Origin: Azolla caroliniana
Taxonomy: Eukaryota > Plantae > Polypodiophyta
Reading direction: 5' to 3'
Assembly (NCBI GenBank): GCA_043228905.1
Contig: JBHGNT010000001.1
Coordinates: 15,810,001-15,874,000, forward strand
Length of the DNA: 64,000 nucleotides
Position numbers and translations under genes: made by a program. Below the pieces are notes generated by a model. It searched no databases. It was not told where the DNA came from and saw nothing but the letters and a program-made list of their open reading frames with translations. Within the stretch, counting starts at the first letter, position 1, and each line of letters begins with the position of its first letter. Shown here in pieces: positions 12,647-25,930 of this stretch.

Positions 12647-15600
12647 TTGGATAAATCTAGTGACCAAATGGGGGTCCCCAACGAGAGTGAGTTGTCAAGT
12701 AACTCATGTATATATGAAAGAACCAAGAGACGGGTGGTTCTTCACATAGTTCATTATTTGGTAGAAATAATGAAGAGATTTAGTGAAGAGGATCGTAGGG
12801 ATATTATATGTAGAGTGTTACACCATCAACGTTTGAATGAAGACATGGAGAGAATAAAATTTAGGTACCAATGTGTTTCAGAAGAGATTGTAGAGTCTAT
12901 GAAGTCATCCCTAGACTTAGTGAAAGGTGTAGAGAGCATAGACAAACTTGCTGCAAAGAGGGCAGCCCTACACATGGTTGTGAACGGTGCGAGAGAAAAA
13001 AAATATAGTGATACTAAAGTTGCCTTAGCCCTAGGTATTCAAAGAAGGAACTTGAGGAAACATCACCGAAATATACACTCAAGCCAATTCATGTGGCTGG
13101 GGTTGGGACGTAGACGACGATACGATGCCTTATCTCAAGAGATTATTGAGAAAGTGGATTCATTTTGGGCCAAAAATACGCGTTTCTCACCAAATAAGAA
13201 GGACGTGTGTAGACAACAAATAAGTTAGGGTAAGTACCAGATTCACCCTAGACACTTCTTGGAGATGACAGAGGTATTCCATTTTTTTATATCAATTCAC
13301 ATTCCATAAATTTGTGTTTTGACCAAGTGTATATTAATGTTTTCTATATATATTGGTTGATGTAGGCTGAATTGTACATGAACTTTAAAGACCAACATCC
13401 AAGCTTGACTGTTGGATTCCACAAGTTCCAAGGTTTGAAATCATTTTATGTTAGAAAATTAAATGAGAGGAATACATGTTGTTGTGTGTACCACGTGAAG
13501 ATGGACATGTTAAGGTTAGGAGTGAATGCAATGCGTACTGATTCTAAGGGTATACACGAGGAATTATGTGCCTGCACTTGTGAGGTTTGTAGACCAAATG
13601 GGGAGGATAATAGGTGTAATGCACGAAACATGACTTATGCATCCGTTTCTGAGCTATGGAGGTCTTGTGTTTGTGAAAAAGAACCATCATATGAGTGGCA
13701 TCGTCGTACATGTCTATTAAGAACATGTAAGGTTTGTCCGCTACCATTATTTTGTAGGTAAGAGCTTGATTTGGGAAACAGTCATATTGTGAAATGGAAA
13801 TATTTAGAGTATGTGACTGAAAATATTGGCAAGGGACTTGTAACTAAGTGTATCAAGGAAGTATATAAGGAGACATGTGCTGTTGCCCTTGTCTCAAAAT
13901 TTAAGAAACAACTTGGGGAGTTCATTCCACATAACTTCCGAAGTTATTGGCAAAATTCACAGTTCAAGGAATGTATTAATAACTTACCAACGAGTGTCAT
14001 CGTATCCGTTATTGACTTTGTAGAAAACTATACATTTAAAGTTCAAAATGAGGTTCAATCAATGCATTGGTACAATGATCAATGTACAATACTTGTACAT
14101 ATTTGCTATTGGAGGCAAGACGGTGAGTTACATAAGAAATCAATATTTTACATTTCAGATGATAAAAAGCATGATACACTATTTGTTCAACATTGTTTTA
14201 AGCTTCGCCATGTAGATTTATTGTCTCTAGGGTTAACCTTTAATCGTCATTGGGTTTGGTCTAATGGTGCTGCCTCGCAGTTTAAGGCGACACGATCGTT
14301 CTACTTTATCGCCAGGTAATTTTTAATCCATATGTTTAGTACTTATCATGCAATGTGTAAGGAAGTAATTCTTGTCTTAGTGCATGCATACTAATTATGT
14401 TTGTAACTATTTGAACACAACACTATTCACATGGATGCATGCATACTAATTTTGTTTGTAACTAAGTTAACTATTCTTGATTGATCAAATAGTACTATCT
14501 TGTCACGTGAATCTGTGTTTATTATCTTTTAATCCATGTGAAGCGTTCTCCATAGACACATTGTACTATGTTGTGTGTTGTATCTTTACTAAATCAGTAT
14601 TTACTGAAGAATGTAAAGTACTCGTATTGTACTCTATAGTATTGTCCGTCCTCAAAAGAATTGTACTAATTATCTTTAATCCATGTGAAGTGTTCTCCAT
14701 AGACACATTGTACTATGTTGCGTGTTGTATCTGTACTAAATCAGTATTTATAGAAGGATGTAAAGTACTCGTCTTGTACTCATAGTATTGTCTGTCTTTA
14801 AGAGAATTGTACTAATTATCTTTTAATCCATGCGAAGTGTTCTCCATAGACACATTGTACTATGTTGTGTGTTGTATCTTTACTAAATCAGTATTTACAG
14901 AAGGATTTAAAGTACTCGTCTTATACTCATAGTATTGTCCGTCCTTAAGATAATTGTACTAATTATCTTTTAATCCATGTGAAGTGTTCCCCATAGACAC
15001 ATTGTACTATGTTGTGTGTTGTATCTGTACAATGTTGTGTTTACAAAAGGATGTAAAGTACTCGTCTTGTACTCATAGTATTGTCCATCCTTAAGAGAAT
15101 TGTACTAATTATCTTTTAATCCATGTGAAGTGTTCTCCATAGACGCATTGTACTATGTTGTGTGTTGTATCTGTACTAAATCAGTATTTCCTCAACTTGT
15201 ACTCATAGTATTGACCGTCCTTAAGAGAATTGTACTAATTATCTTTTAATCCATGTTGAGGGTTTTCCATGGACACTGTATTGTACTTTGTGTTGTATCT
15301 GTACTAAAGAAGTAATTATCGAAGGATGTAAAGTACATGTCTTTTACTCATAGTATTGTCCTAGATTGAAGAGTTTGTACTAATTATCTATAAATCAATG
15401 TTGAGTGTTCTCCATGAACACACTGTATTGTACTTGGTGTTGTATCTATACTAAATCAATAATTATCGGAAGATGTAAAGTACATTTCTTGTACTCATAG
15501 TACTGTCTTATATTGAAGAGTTCGTACTACTTATCTATTAATCCATGCTGAGTGTTCTCCATGAACACATTGTATTGTACTATGTGTTGTATTTATACTA

Positions 15601-16945
15601 AATCAGTGTTTATTGGGGAATGTGAAGTACATGTGTTGTAGTACTAATTATCTTCTAAGGAGGGTTGTGTTCTCTGTGGACACATTGTACTGTATTGTGT
15701 ATTGTATTTGTACTAAATCAGTATTAATGAATGTAAAGTACTCGTCGTCAGCAACATAGTACTATCTGATATTGAAGAGTTTGTACTATTTATCTGTTAA
15801 TTCATGTAGAGTGCTTTCCATGAATTCATTGTACTATGCTTTGTGTTGTATCCATACTAAATTAGTATTAATGGATGCCAAGTTCACATGCTTGACAACA
15901 TAGTACTATTTATCTTTTAATAAGTGTAGAGTGTTCTCAATGGATACGTTGTGCTATGCTTTGTTTTGTATTTGTACTAAATCAGTATTAATGGATGTGT
16001 AGTACTCTCGATTGACAACATAGTACTAATTTTGTTGGAAACCTGAGATACAAAAGTAGGTATTTCTCCTTATTCAACATTCATATGCAATGGAACTACT
16101 TCGGGTTTGGACATGGAAAAGGAGAGCATGATGGCGCGGGGGCTGTGATCAAACGTGCCCTTACAAGTGAGCAGTTGGATAATAATGGTGCTAAGTTACA
16201 AAATGCACATGATGTTGTGCAGTGGCTAACATGGAAGATGTCAAATGATGGTAAGAACAGATTGTTTGTTGAAGTTCGCGCTAATGAGGTTGATAAAACT
16301 AAATCATATGGTTGTAAAACCGTGAAAGGCACACGTAGCACCCATTGTGTATTAGGGTTTAGCCGCAAGGACACAACACAATTGTTACTCCGTACTTTAT
16401 CGTGCTTTTGTTCCATGTGTATAGATGAAGCTTGGGATAAATGCATCAACCTATCAATCGTCGAGCCCTGGAAGTTGCAGAAGCTTGAGCCTGAACGACA
16501 AGATGATATTGAAGAGGATGCACATTCAAACGATATTGTATACTACAACCAACATCAAGACTTGGCAGTTTTATTGGAAGTTGGAGATCATTTTGCAGTG
16601 CTCAAATCTCCTCAGAATGAAGATTTAGAAGACAACTACATTGTGGTGTGCAAGCAAGGCAAGACATTATTGAAAGAAGTGGTGACAGATGGTTGGGGCA
16701 ACAATTTCAACCTTGGTGAGTCTGTCATGTATGGAAACTATTATGCAAAGTTGCCGCAGTGCAAGAACACATATGCATTACTAAAAGAAGCACTGATCGC
16801 AATAATCTACGTTGATGCCATTCTTGCGATCAAATTCAATATGACTCAAGCAAAGCACAAGGTTAAGGGATACAACACTGTCTACAAGGTCCCCCAAGAG
16901 GTTCATGAGCACATATTAGGAGAGATCTCTCTATTTAATGCTTGA
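12647..16945 (+). pseudogene. Spliced DDD/E-type transposase with Cys-rich insert and premature stops
   Basis: Motifs IDFVENY..QNEVQSMHW, SDDKKHD, WSNGAASQFK, GHGKGEHDGAG, SCFCSMC. In-frame GT-AG introns at 13274-13365 and 14316-16059; stops at 13226 and 13759. Start codon uncertain. Confidence 0.85.
14505..16030. repeat. About 147-bp tandem repeat array (about 11 units) in transposase intron 2
   Basis: Anchor AATCCAT at 14531, 14678, 14825, 14972, 15118, 15248, ~15393, 15540; units diverge rightwards. Confidence 0.95.
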
Positions 16946-19493
16946 AAGTCACCCTATCAATACATTGTACCAGAAAACTGAAAAATATCCACTTGTAGTT
17001 CACTATTTGATGTATTGATATATTAATTTTGATGATTGACAAATGAATCGATATAATTCCTCTTTCTTCTATTATGTATTATGAATCAATATATTTGATG
17101 TATTGAGACTATTTATTGAGCTTGTATTGTAAGTGTTTATGGTAATTATAGAGTTGCTTGTTTCCATGGTTTAAGGTGTGAAGTCTTCAATACTTTTGTA
17201 TTGTCAATGTTTATGGTAATTATAGAGTTGCTTGTTTCTATGGTTTAAGGTGTGAAGTCTTGAATACTTAGTAGCTTAAATATGGCCCAAACTTATTCAA
17301 CTATCAAGTCTCTATTGTGTGCACTCAAGTCATTATTCAACTCTAACCATGTGCACTCAAGGAGACCATACTTCGCAAGTATCAATATACATATTAGTAC
17401 TAACGCAAGTATCAATATACATATTAGTTTAGTAGTAATGTCAATTGCAAGTATGTCAATTGCAGTCTCCCAATGTCAATTGCAAGTATTAAGTAATACA
17501 TAGTAGTCTCCCAAAGTATCTCAGTTAGACGGATACATACATCTAATGTAAAGTTTGGTTGCATGACAGTATATACCAGTCTTCTAAATCTTCATCTGGT
17601 ATAACGAACTATATATAACATCTCAATTAACAATATAGAATTTTATTTGTAATCAACACAATCATGGCTACATGGGAGTGTACCTGGGAGTGCATCGGAA
17701 GAAAACTCACCCATGTCAAACACATACCAATTAAAAACAGACAGACAGGAAACATAGAGAAAATGAAAACATACCAGTTGGGATGCAACACATAGACTAT
17801 GAATAATCAAAACCTAAAAATGCCCATACACATACAAATTAAAACCAGACAGACAGGAAACACAGAGAAAACGATAACATACCGGTTGGAGGCAGATGGA
17901 GCCAAGGTCAAAGGCAGAGGTACCACACCTTCGGAGCACACCAAGCCTTCAAAATCACCTATATGCAAGAGGTTGTTGACGAGGCTGCTGCAGAGGAGAC
18001 AAACGAGCATTAACAGAGGAGACAAACGAGCATACACAAGGAAAGAAAATCAACAACAAGAACATCAATCCGGGGAAACAGAAATCTCTTTATATACAGA
18101 GACAGAGATCGAACCTGGCACAGAGGGGAACACAACAACAACTACGCGGGGAAACAGAGAATCGAAGGGGGAGTGAGAGAGAGAAACAGAAAGAAAGAAA
18201 GAAACAAAGATTCAAAGGTGGAGTGAGAGAGAGAAAGAGAGAGATAGGTAATAGATATGTGTTGTCTTTCTAACTTTCTGCCTCTGTCTGTCTGACAACT
18301 TCGAGACAAAAGAGAGAGAGACTGAGACTGAGACTGACCAACTATCACATTCCAAACCTTCTCCAGGTGTGCTTTCGTACAACTCTACCTAGGAGAATGA
18401 AGTTACAATTAATGTATTAAATATGGCCTTGGGACATTTCGAGTGTGACATATATTATCTTTGTACATTCGAGTGTGACGTAATGAATTTGTTATTTGAA
18501 ATTGAACACCATTCAATAGATGATAATTGTTTTATTTTCAATTTTTAATGTTTATTTTCTTCCTCGATTTAGTACTAAATTTTTGGCCAAAAGTTGGTAC
18601 ACCGTAGCATGCTTCGACCCTATCCAAATTTCAAAAGAAAAGATTCATAAGAAAGCTGACAAAGGGAGCTTTCTTATATGAAAAATTTCGATGACAAACC
18701 AGAAATAATGATATAAAAAATGCATCACATAAACTCGAGCATATGTAAAAAGAAAAGAAAAGAAAAAAACAAGAATAACACAACTAAAAATCTATAAATA
18801 TGAAGGTATTCTTAGCAATTGGGAAGAGGAAGGAAGAATAGAAGATCTACAAGAGAAGGAGGGAGTAAGAAGAGAATATCTACAAGAAGAAGGGAGGAAG
18901 AATAACAGGGCTAGAAGAAGTGAGAAGAAGCTTAGTAGAAGAAAGGGTGACGAAGAAAAGACTATTTTCAATTATTGTCATTGAGGTTAGAGTAGAGTTA
19001 TTTGGGGTTGTTATTTGTAGAGTCTAAGAAGATGATATTGGTTTCCTAATAGTGTATTGAAGTATTTTTTTCTCTTCCTCTACTCTCTTCTCTATCTTTT
19101 TCCTCGCTCTCATCATCACTAGGGATAATTGCTTTCCTTCTGGCCCGGCGTTGGCCAAAGTGACAACTAGCGTCTCCCATCTATCCGGAAGGGAACCGAG
19201 CAATAGCAACGCAAGTACCTCATCGGCCAGAGGTACATCCAACTAGGTGGCTCTCTCTTATAGTATAAACTCTCTTTCCATTTCTAGTGTTCTCTCTCTC
19301 TCTCTCTCTCCCTCCCTCTCTCCCTCCCTCCCTCTCTCTCTCTCTGTATACCTTCTATCGTTATCTTATCTTTGTCTCTCCTATTCTCAAGTCTCGACAG
19401 TTTGAACCGAATATCTCTCGTTTCTTCTTCTCCAACTTCTTCTTCTTATTTTAACCTTATTTCAAGAAAATCTAGCAACTTTCTCTCGTAACT

Positions 19494-20471
19494 ATGGAGT
19501 CTGTTAGCAAGCAAGAATATATGCGTGTTCTCTCCGAGCTCGACATGCTAACAACCAAATTCATGGCACTGGAGCATGAAAATCAAAGATTACTAGGAGA
19601 CCTACAACAAGTAAGTGCTAAGAAAGTACAACAATATGAAGAATTATCTCAACAAGTGCATCAATTGGAGACTACTCTATTGCATCCACAAGCGGCAGAA
19701 GTTCAAACCTCGCCGAAGGAACCCAAGTTTAGTCTGTTGGCCAAGTTTGATGGTACAAGGTCTCAATTTCGTGGATTTTTAAATCAGGTACGGCTTGTGA
19801 TTAAATTGCATCCTAGCCGTTACCCAACTAATGTTGCTCGTGTAGGACTAGTTGGTACCTTGTTAACGAGTACAACATTGGCGTGGTTTGCACCACTCCT
19901 AGAGAAGCACTCACCGTTATTAGAAGATTTTGAAGGGTTTATTAATGATTTCCAAGCCAACATTGGAGACACCGATAGTATGAGGACCGCAATAAACAAA
20001 ATTCAGCGATTACAACAAGGAGATCATCCTGCTTCCGCTTATCCTGCAGATTTTCGCCTTCTAGCATGTGATATTCCATGGGACGAGGCGGCGTTAATGG
20101 ACCAATTTCGTCAAGGTCTGTGCAATGATGTGAAGGATTTACTTCTTACCTTCCATGATGATCCAAAATCTCTTACTGAAGTAGTAAGTCGGGTTGTGCG
20201 ATGTGACAATCGCTTATTTGAGCGGCGTTCTGAGCGCCAACAAATGTTACGCTTCAGACCAACAGAAACATATGCTTCGGTGGTCGCAACTCCACCCCAA
20301 CTATCAAATTCAAGCGTGGTTGAATGCCCTACTCCAATGGAAATTGAGACAACACGACGTCGAGGACCATTATCGGATGCTGAAAAGCAACGACGGCGAG
20401 CAAATCGTCTATGCCTCTATTGTGGTGTTCCAAGGCATATTGCTGTGAATTTTCCACATAAACCACGATGA
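19494..20471 (+). CDS. gag: Chromovirus Gag (PEG10/Tcn1-like)
   Basis: KFDGTRSQFRGF, LQQG, PMEI and zinc knuckle CLYCGVPRH. The stop at 20469 is probably CGA>TGA; the natural stop appears to be 20610-20612. Confidence 0.88.
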   Translation: MESVSKQEYMRVLSELDMLTTKFMALEHENQRLLGDLQQVSAKKVQQYEELSQQVHQLETTLLHPQAAEVQTSPKEPKFSLLAKFDGTRSQFRGFLNQVRLVIKLHPSRYPTNVARVGLVGTLLTSTTLAWFAPLLEKHSPLLEDFEGFINDFQANIGDTDSMRTAINKIQRLQQGDHPASAYPADFRLLACDIPWDEAALMDQFRQGLCNDVKDLLLTFHDDPKSLTEVVSRVVRCDNRLFERRSERQQMLRFRPTETYASVVATPPQLSNSSVVECPTPMEIETTRRRGPLSDAEKQRRRANRLCLYCGVPRHIAVNFPHKPR

Positions 20472-20599
20472 CAAGTTAACCAAGTAAATGCTCATGACAA
20501 TCCCATCTCAATTTCTGCCCCGCCTTTTCGTAACCCAAGTAGGCCTAGTAGTCCCTGTCATTAAAATACATTTGATGTCTTGAGCCAATTAGATGATGT

Positions 20600-23500
20600 G
20601 TTAAATGAGTAAGTCCGGCCAAAATCGGAGCCATTTGGTTGGACAGCCCTAGGCATGTAACGTCCATCCCTAGTTGTGGTTCCATTTCATCCGGTCAAGT
20701 TAGTCGAGTTTTCTCTGCACAAGTTGAGCTTAACACATCAAGGTGCCATCGAGTCCCAGCTTCTGCCCTCTTAGACTCTGGAGCCAACTCTTGTTTCATG
20801 GATCGTGAGTTTGTTGTAATGCATAATATTCAATTGCATAAGCTCCCAAGCCCAGTGTCTGTCGGAGTCATTGATGGACGCCCCATAGCATCAGGTGATA
20901 TAGTTGAAGAGTCTGAACCAATTCGTGTAGTCCTAGGCAATTTGGCTAATGTCATCTCATTCAACATCATTAGTAGTCCAGAGCACTCCCTAGTTCTTGG
21001 TCTTCCATGGTTTGAGCTACATAACCCAACTATTGATTGGAGAAAAAGAACCATTGAAGAGGTCACAATACAGTATGAGTCACTTAAAACTCCAACAAAG
21101 GATATGACATTCCAAAAGATTTCGACAATCTCTATACATCAGTTACGTGAGGAAGGACGGAAGGAAGACATGTTGGTGTTCGCAGTTTTAACAACTCCCA
21201 CATCGAGCTCAAGAGGATCGGGGGTCCAACTACGAAAGAAATATATAGAATTCTCCGATGTGTTTGATAAGGTGAAGGCCAATATGTTGGGAGATAGGTC
21301 CCTCCGGATGGGAAGGGAGAAGAACAGTGCTGATGAACAAACTCTGCCGAGGCCGAAACCGTATGAGGAGTCCCGGGCTACGGAGAGCCGGATGGTGCAG
21401 ACCCGGTGAGAACCGGATGAGGAGTACCCGGCTACGGAGAGCCGGATGGTGCAGACCCGGTCAAGACCGGATGAGGAGTACCCGGCTACGGAGAGTCGGA
21501 TGGTGTAGACCCGGTCAAGAACCGGATGAGGAGTACTCGGCTATGGAGAGCCGGATGGTGAGAGTCCATCATGGCTATATTTGTAAATAGCCGAAAAGTC
21601 ATATTAGTATAAATATGACTTAGGGCAAACTTTTAGTTGTGGGTTGTCATTTTCTTGTTGGTGTAAGCAGAGAGTGTGTGTAACAGTGTACAGAGAGCGA
21701 GAGAGAGAGAGGAAGAGGTCGTTGCCTCTGTTGTAACCGCCGCCTGTGGCGAAGATCGTGAGCACGAGGTCATTGCCTCCGTGAACTCACTGTTGTACAT
21801 TCTAACATAGTGATAGTTTGCAGCCTGTGGGCTGCCGTGGTTTTTCCCTTAGTTTGGGTTTTCCACGTAAACATCCTGCGTACTCTTCTCTTCTTCGTGT
21901 CGTGCTTTATTTCCCGTTTTCTGTGTATGATTCTAAGCTCGGTTGTGGCTGAGCGTTGTGTATAACGAGCGTTTAGTTCCCGTCAACACAATAGACTACC
22001 AAAGCATCGACCATATGATTGCCCGATTGATTTGAAACCTAGAAAAGAGCCTCCATGGGGGCCAATTTATAACCTTTCGCCCACGGAGCTAGAGGTTCTT
22101 CGAGAATATATCGATGAGAACTTGGTGAATGGGTTTATCCAGCATTCAAGATCTCCTGCCGACGCACCCATATTTTTCGTTAAGAAGAAAGATGGTTCGC
22201 TTCATCTGGTCATGGATTATCGAGGATTGAATAAAGTAACTATTCGAAACCGATATGTTCTACCATTGATTTCAAGCCTTCTGGAACGCCTCAGTGTTGC
22301 TAAGTATTTCACAAAGTTAGATCTTCAAGGTGCTTACAATCTTGTTTGAATTCGTCCTGGGGATGAATGGAAGACTGCTTTTCATACTCGCTATGGCCAT
22401 TTTGAGTATACAATGATGTCATTTGGTCTCACGAATGCACCAGCAGTTTTCCAACATATGGCAAATGATATTTTTCGAGATTTCCTCGATATTTTCATAA
22501 TAGTTTACCTGGATGATATCTTGATCTACTAAAAAACTCAAGAGGATCATGACATACGCGTTCGACAAGCTTTGCAATGGTTGCGTGAATATGGTCTCTA
22601 TGCAAAATTGGAGAAGTGCAGTTACGACCAGCGTCAAGTGGAATTTTTGGGGTACATAGTCTCTTCACATGGCATCTCTATGGATCCAGCAAAGGTTCAA
22701 ACAGCTTTGGATTGGCAAACACCACAGTTTGTGCGAGATGTACAATGTTTTTTGGGGTTAGCAAACTTTTATCGCAAGTTCATCAAAGATTATTCAAAGA
22801 TCGTATTGCCCCTCACTCAACTGACACAAAAGATTCGACCATTTGTTGGAGTATAAATGAAAACTCTGCATTTGAAGTATTAAAGCAAGCATTTACATCC
22901 GCACCAATTTTGATGCATGTTGATCCATTGAAGCACATTATACTCGAAGTTGATGCATCCGACTTCGCACTAGGAAGCGTATTATCCCAGATTAGCAATG
23001 ATGGCCAACTGCACCCTATGGCTTTTCATTCATGGAAATTCGAAGCTGCTGAAATCAACTATGAGATTCACGACAAAGAGCTTCTTGCGATTGTGGATTC
23101 TTTTCAACAATGGCATCATTTTTTGGAGGGTTCGTCTCAACAAATCATTGTCTATAATGATCACCAAATCTAACATACTTCCAAAGTGCTCGAGTCTTGA
23201 GTCATCGACAAGCTCATTGGGCGCAGTTCTTAACTCGTTTTGATTTCGTAATTCTATATTGCTCTGGGACGCAACAAGGAAAAGCAGATGCTTTATCTCG
23301 GCATTCATATATGGAACTTCAACCAGGCGAGGCCGCATTTGAAAGTCAGAAGCAAATCCTCTTGGGTCCTAACCATCTACGACTAATGGCATTTCATGCT
23401 ATAGACACACCCAGGGATTCAAGTCTTCTGGACTCCATTTGGGAGCATATTGAGACTGATGAATTCGCCCAAGACATTCTGAACCATATTATCCCAGATC

Positions 23501-24920
23501 GTGCTTCTTGTTCATAATCTCAAAATCCTCGTCAAGACTACAACCAGTTCAATTGGCATGATGGTTTACTTTTTCGACAAAATCTCTTATATGTGCCTGA
23601 TGGTCCTTCTCAACTCCAAGTCTTGCAACAATGTCATGACACACCAATGGTTGGACATTTCGGCATCCACAAGACTTTGGCGTTAATTTGTTGAAGGTAT
23701 TGGTGGCCACGACTTCGCCATTTTATTACGGATTATGTTCGTAGTTGTGATACATGTTGACGATCCAAAAAACCTCGGCATCATCCATATGGCTTATTAC
23801 AGCCAATGCCTATTCCTGAGAGTCCATGGAAATCTATTTCATTGGACTTCATTACGGATCTACCACCTTCCAAGGGTTTTGATTCTATTCTCACGGTAGT
23901 AGATCGTTTTACCAAATGGCACATTTTCTTCCTTGCACAAAGGCCATTACAAGCCAAGAGACAGCTGAGTTACTCATGCGAGAGGTGTTTCGGCATCATG
24001 GTCTTCCTATTGATATTATCAGTGATCGGGGTCCCCAATTCATCTCAAAATTTTGGTGGAACATGTTCAAACTCTTACATACTTATTGCAAACTCTCTTC
24101 CAGCCACTATCCAGAAACTAACGGACAAAGTGAGCGCACCAACCAAATAGTAGAACAATATTTTCATTGCTTTGTCAACTATCAACAAGGTGATTGGGTT
24201 GATCTATTACATTTGGCGGAATTTTCTTACAACAACTCAGAACATTCTTCTATTGGATATTCCCCATTTTTTGCAAACATTGGGTACCATCCTCGTTGGA
24301 CTATGCTTGAACATCCCAAACTCCCGACAAACCTGGTTGCTGAAGATCGGCTCACCCGACTCCAAGAAGTTCAAGATATCCTTTTGCACCATTTATGTGA
24401 TGCTCAAAACACTCAAAAGAAGGTTGTTGACCGTCACTGACGTGATTCATCGACTACGTTTCAAGTGGGAGATCGAGTATGGCTTTTACAAGGTCGCATT
24501 AAAACAACCCGACATTGCTGCAAATTGGATTATCAACGTTTTGACCCATATGTGATATCTGGTAAGATCAATGATGTGGCATTTCGCCTTGATCTTCCCC
24601 CTCATATGCATCTTCACCCGGTCTTCCATGTTTCACTTTTGGAGCCGTACACAACCAACTCTATTCCAGGCCGTCTTACATCTCCCCCACCTCCAATCGA
24701 TGTTTCGGATGGCTCCGAATATGAAGTTGCTGCCATTCTCGACGCCAAGATCATTCGCAAGAAACTGTATTATTTGGTTGATTGGTTAAGATATACAGCT
24801 AATGATCGAACATGGGAACCTCTCGAGAATCTTACTAATGCCTCCGAAATGGTAGCTGCGTTTCACAACAAATATCCCCATAAGCCAAGTCCGAAATCCT
24901 GTCTATCGAAAAGGGGGGAT
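20600..24920 (+). pseudogene. pol: Chromovirus pol (PR-RT-RH-INT-chromodomain), disrupted
   Basis: Domain motifs occur in order across ORF fragments; several stops and frameshifts; solo LTR insertion. Confidence 0.9.
21285..21988 (+). repeat. Copia family-1 solo LTR with about 54-bp CCGG repeats
   Basis: TGTTG...CAACA ends; TSD CAATA at 21280-21284 and 21989-21993; similar to LTR 36072-36758. Confidence 0.93.
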
Positions 24921-25302
24921 AATGTCATGAAGACATACATTTTGGCCTTACAAGGATTCAAGCCCAAGACGTCTTGGTCTATATGTTAGACCTTTAACCA
25001 TTATAATAACATATATGATGTATAGTTATAATAAATGTATTATTAGTTATTACAAGACATTTAGAGTATTCTGGAACTTTCTAGAGTATTCTAGAACATT
25101 CTAGGATATTCCATGATTATATTAAATATCATAAATATCTAAAATATTCTAGAACATTCTAGAATACTCCATAAGGACCTATAAATCGGTGTCTATTCAT
25201 TCATTACAACTCATTCAGTTCAACACTAGTTTGTAGCCCTTTAGCCTACTCTTTGTAATCCTTGCTCTCTCTTATAATATAAACTCCCTTTCCATTTCTA
25301 GT

Positions 25303-25351
<49 letters not shown>

Positions 25352-25884
25352 ACCTTCTATCGTTATCTTATCTTTCTCTCTCCTATTCTCAAGTCTCGAC
25401 GTGAAGCATCTAATGTATGTCTTCGTCTTCATGTGCATCACCTCTCATGTCATATCATCGATCTTGTCTGGTTTCTTGTCCCGAACTGTACCGGCAGCAA
25501 GAGATCTTTGACCACGAGCATGTCCCTCGTCTTCGACTTCTACACTGGGTAGTTGGAGACGGTGAGCTTGAACATGCTTCCGAATGACTCTTCCATTTTC
25601 TTGTTCACTCTTGATACCAGTTTGTGAGGAATAGTGCTCGGCCACAACTGAGCCTCAAACACTTTATGAAAGAACAAAAAACAGAAATGGAGGTTCCTAC
25701 ACTTACATCGAAGATACGACACAGGATGTTTATGTGGAAAACCCTAACAGGGAAAAAACCACGGGAGCCCACAAGCTTCAACTATCACTATATGAGGAAG
25801 AAGGTACAATAGGAGACTCAGAGGCAACGACCTTAAGCTCTATGTCTTCGCCAACCGGCGGTTACAACAGAAACTAATTCTTTA

Positions 25885-25930
<46 letters not shown>

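Larger units (their letters stand above)
11496..18620 (+). mobile_element. Complete 7,125-bp DNA transposon, Sola2-like
   Basis: 26-bp TIRs (GGGTGGAAGCATGCTACGGTGTACCA and its reverse complement at 18595-18620, 1 mismatch); 4-bp TSD TATC at 11492-11495 and 18621-18624; GRG...CYC termini; internal transposase. Superfamily assignment is from recalled terminal features. Confidence 0.85.
11260..19118. repeat. Solo LTR (about 730 bp) split by the Sola-like transposon
   Basis: TG...CA ends; 5-bp TSD CTAGG at 11255-11259 and 19119-19123; removing it restores copia gag (QLSL-ARVKSSLLDEE). Confidence 0.85.
19251..25401 (+). mobile_element. Chromovirus (Tcn1-like Ty3/gypsy) element 1 with truncated 5' LTR
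   Basis: 5' LTR remnant 19251-19399 matches the end of 3' LTR 24923-25401; gag, PR LLDSGA, RT YLDD, RH DASD, INT, chromodomain; PPT AAAAGGGGGGA. Confidence 0.93.

Noticed and set aside
12647-16945. Possible host gene with introns
   Set aside because: Enclosed by TIRs and a TSD and carries transposase motifs with premature stops.
21340-21560. CRISPR-like look of the CCGGATG arrays (also 36130-36310, 38370-38600, 43130-43350)
   Set aside because: They are tandem degenerate units without unique spacers, lie inside LTRs, have no cas genes nearby and are in a eukaryotic context.
25305-25347. (CT)n/(GA)n microsatellites (also ~19291, 25887, 45074, 57591)
   Set aside because: Ordinary LTR components.
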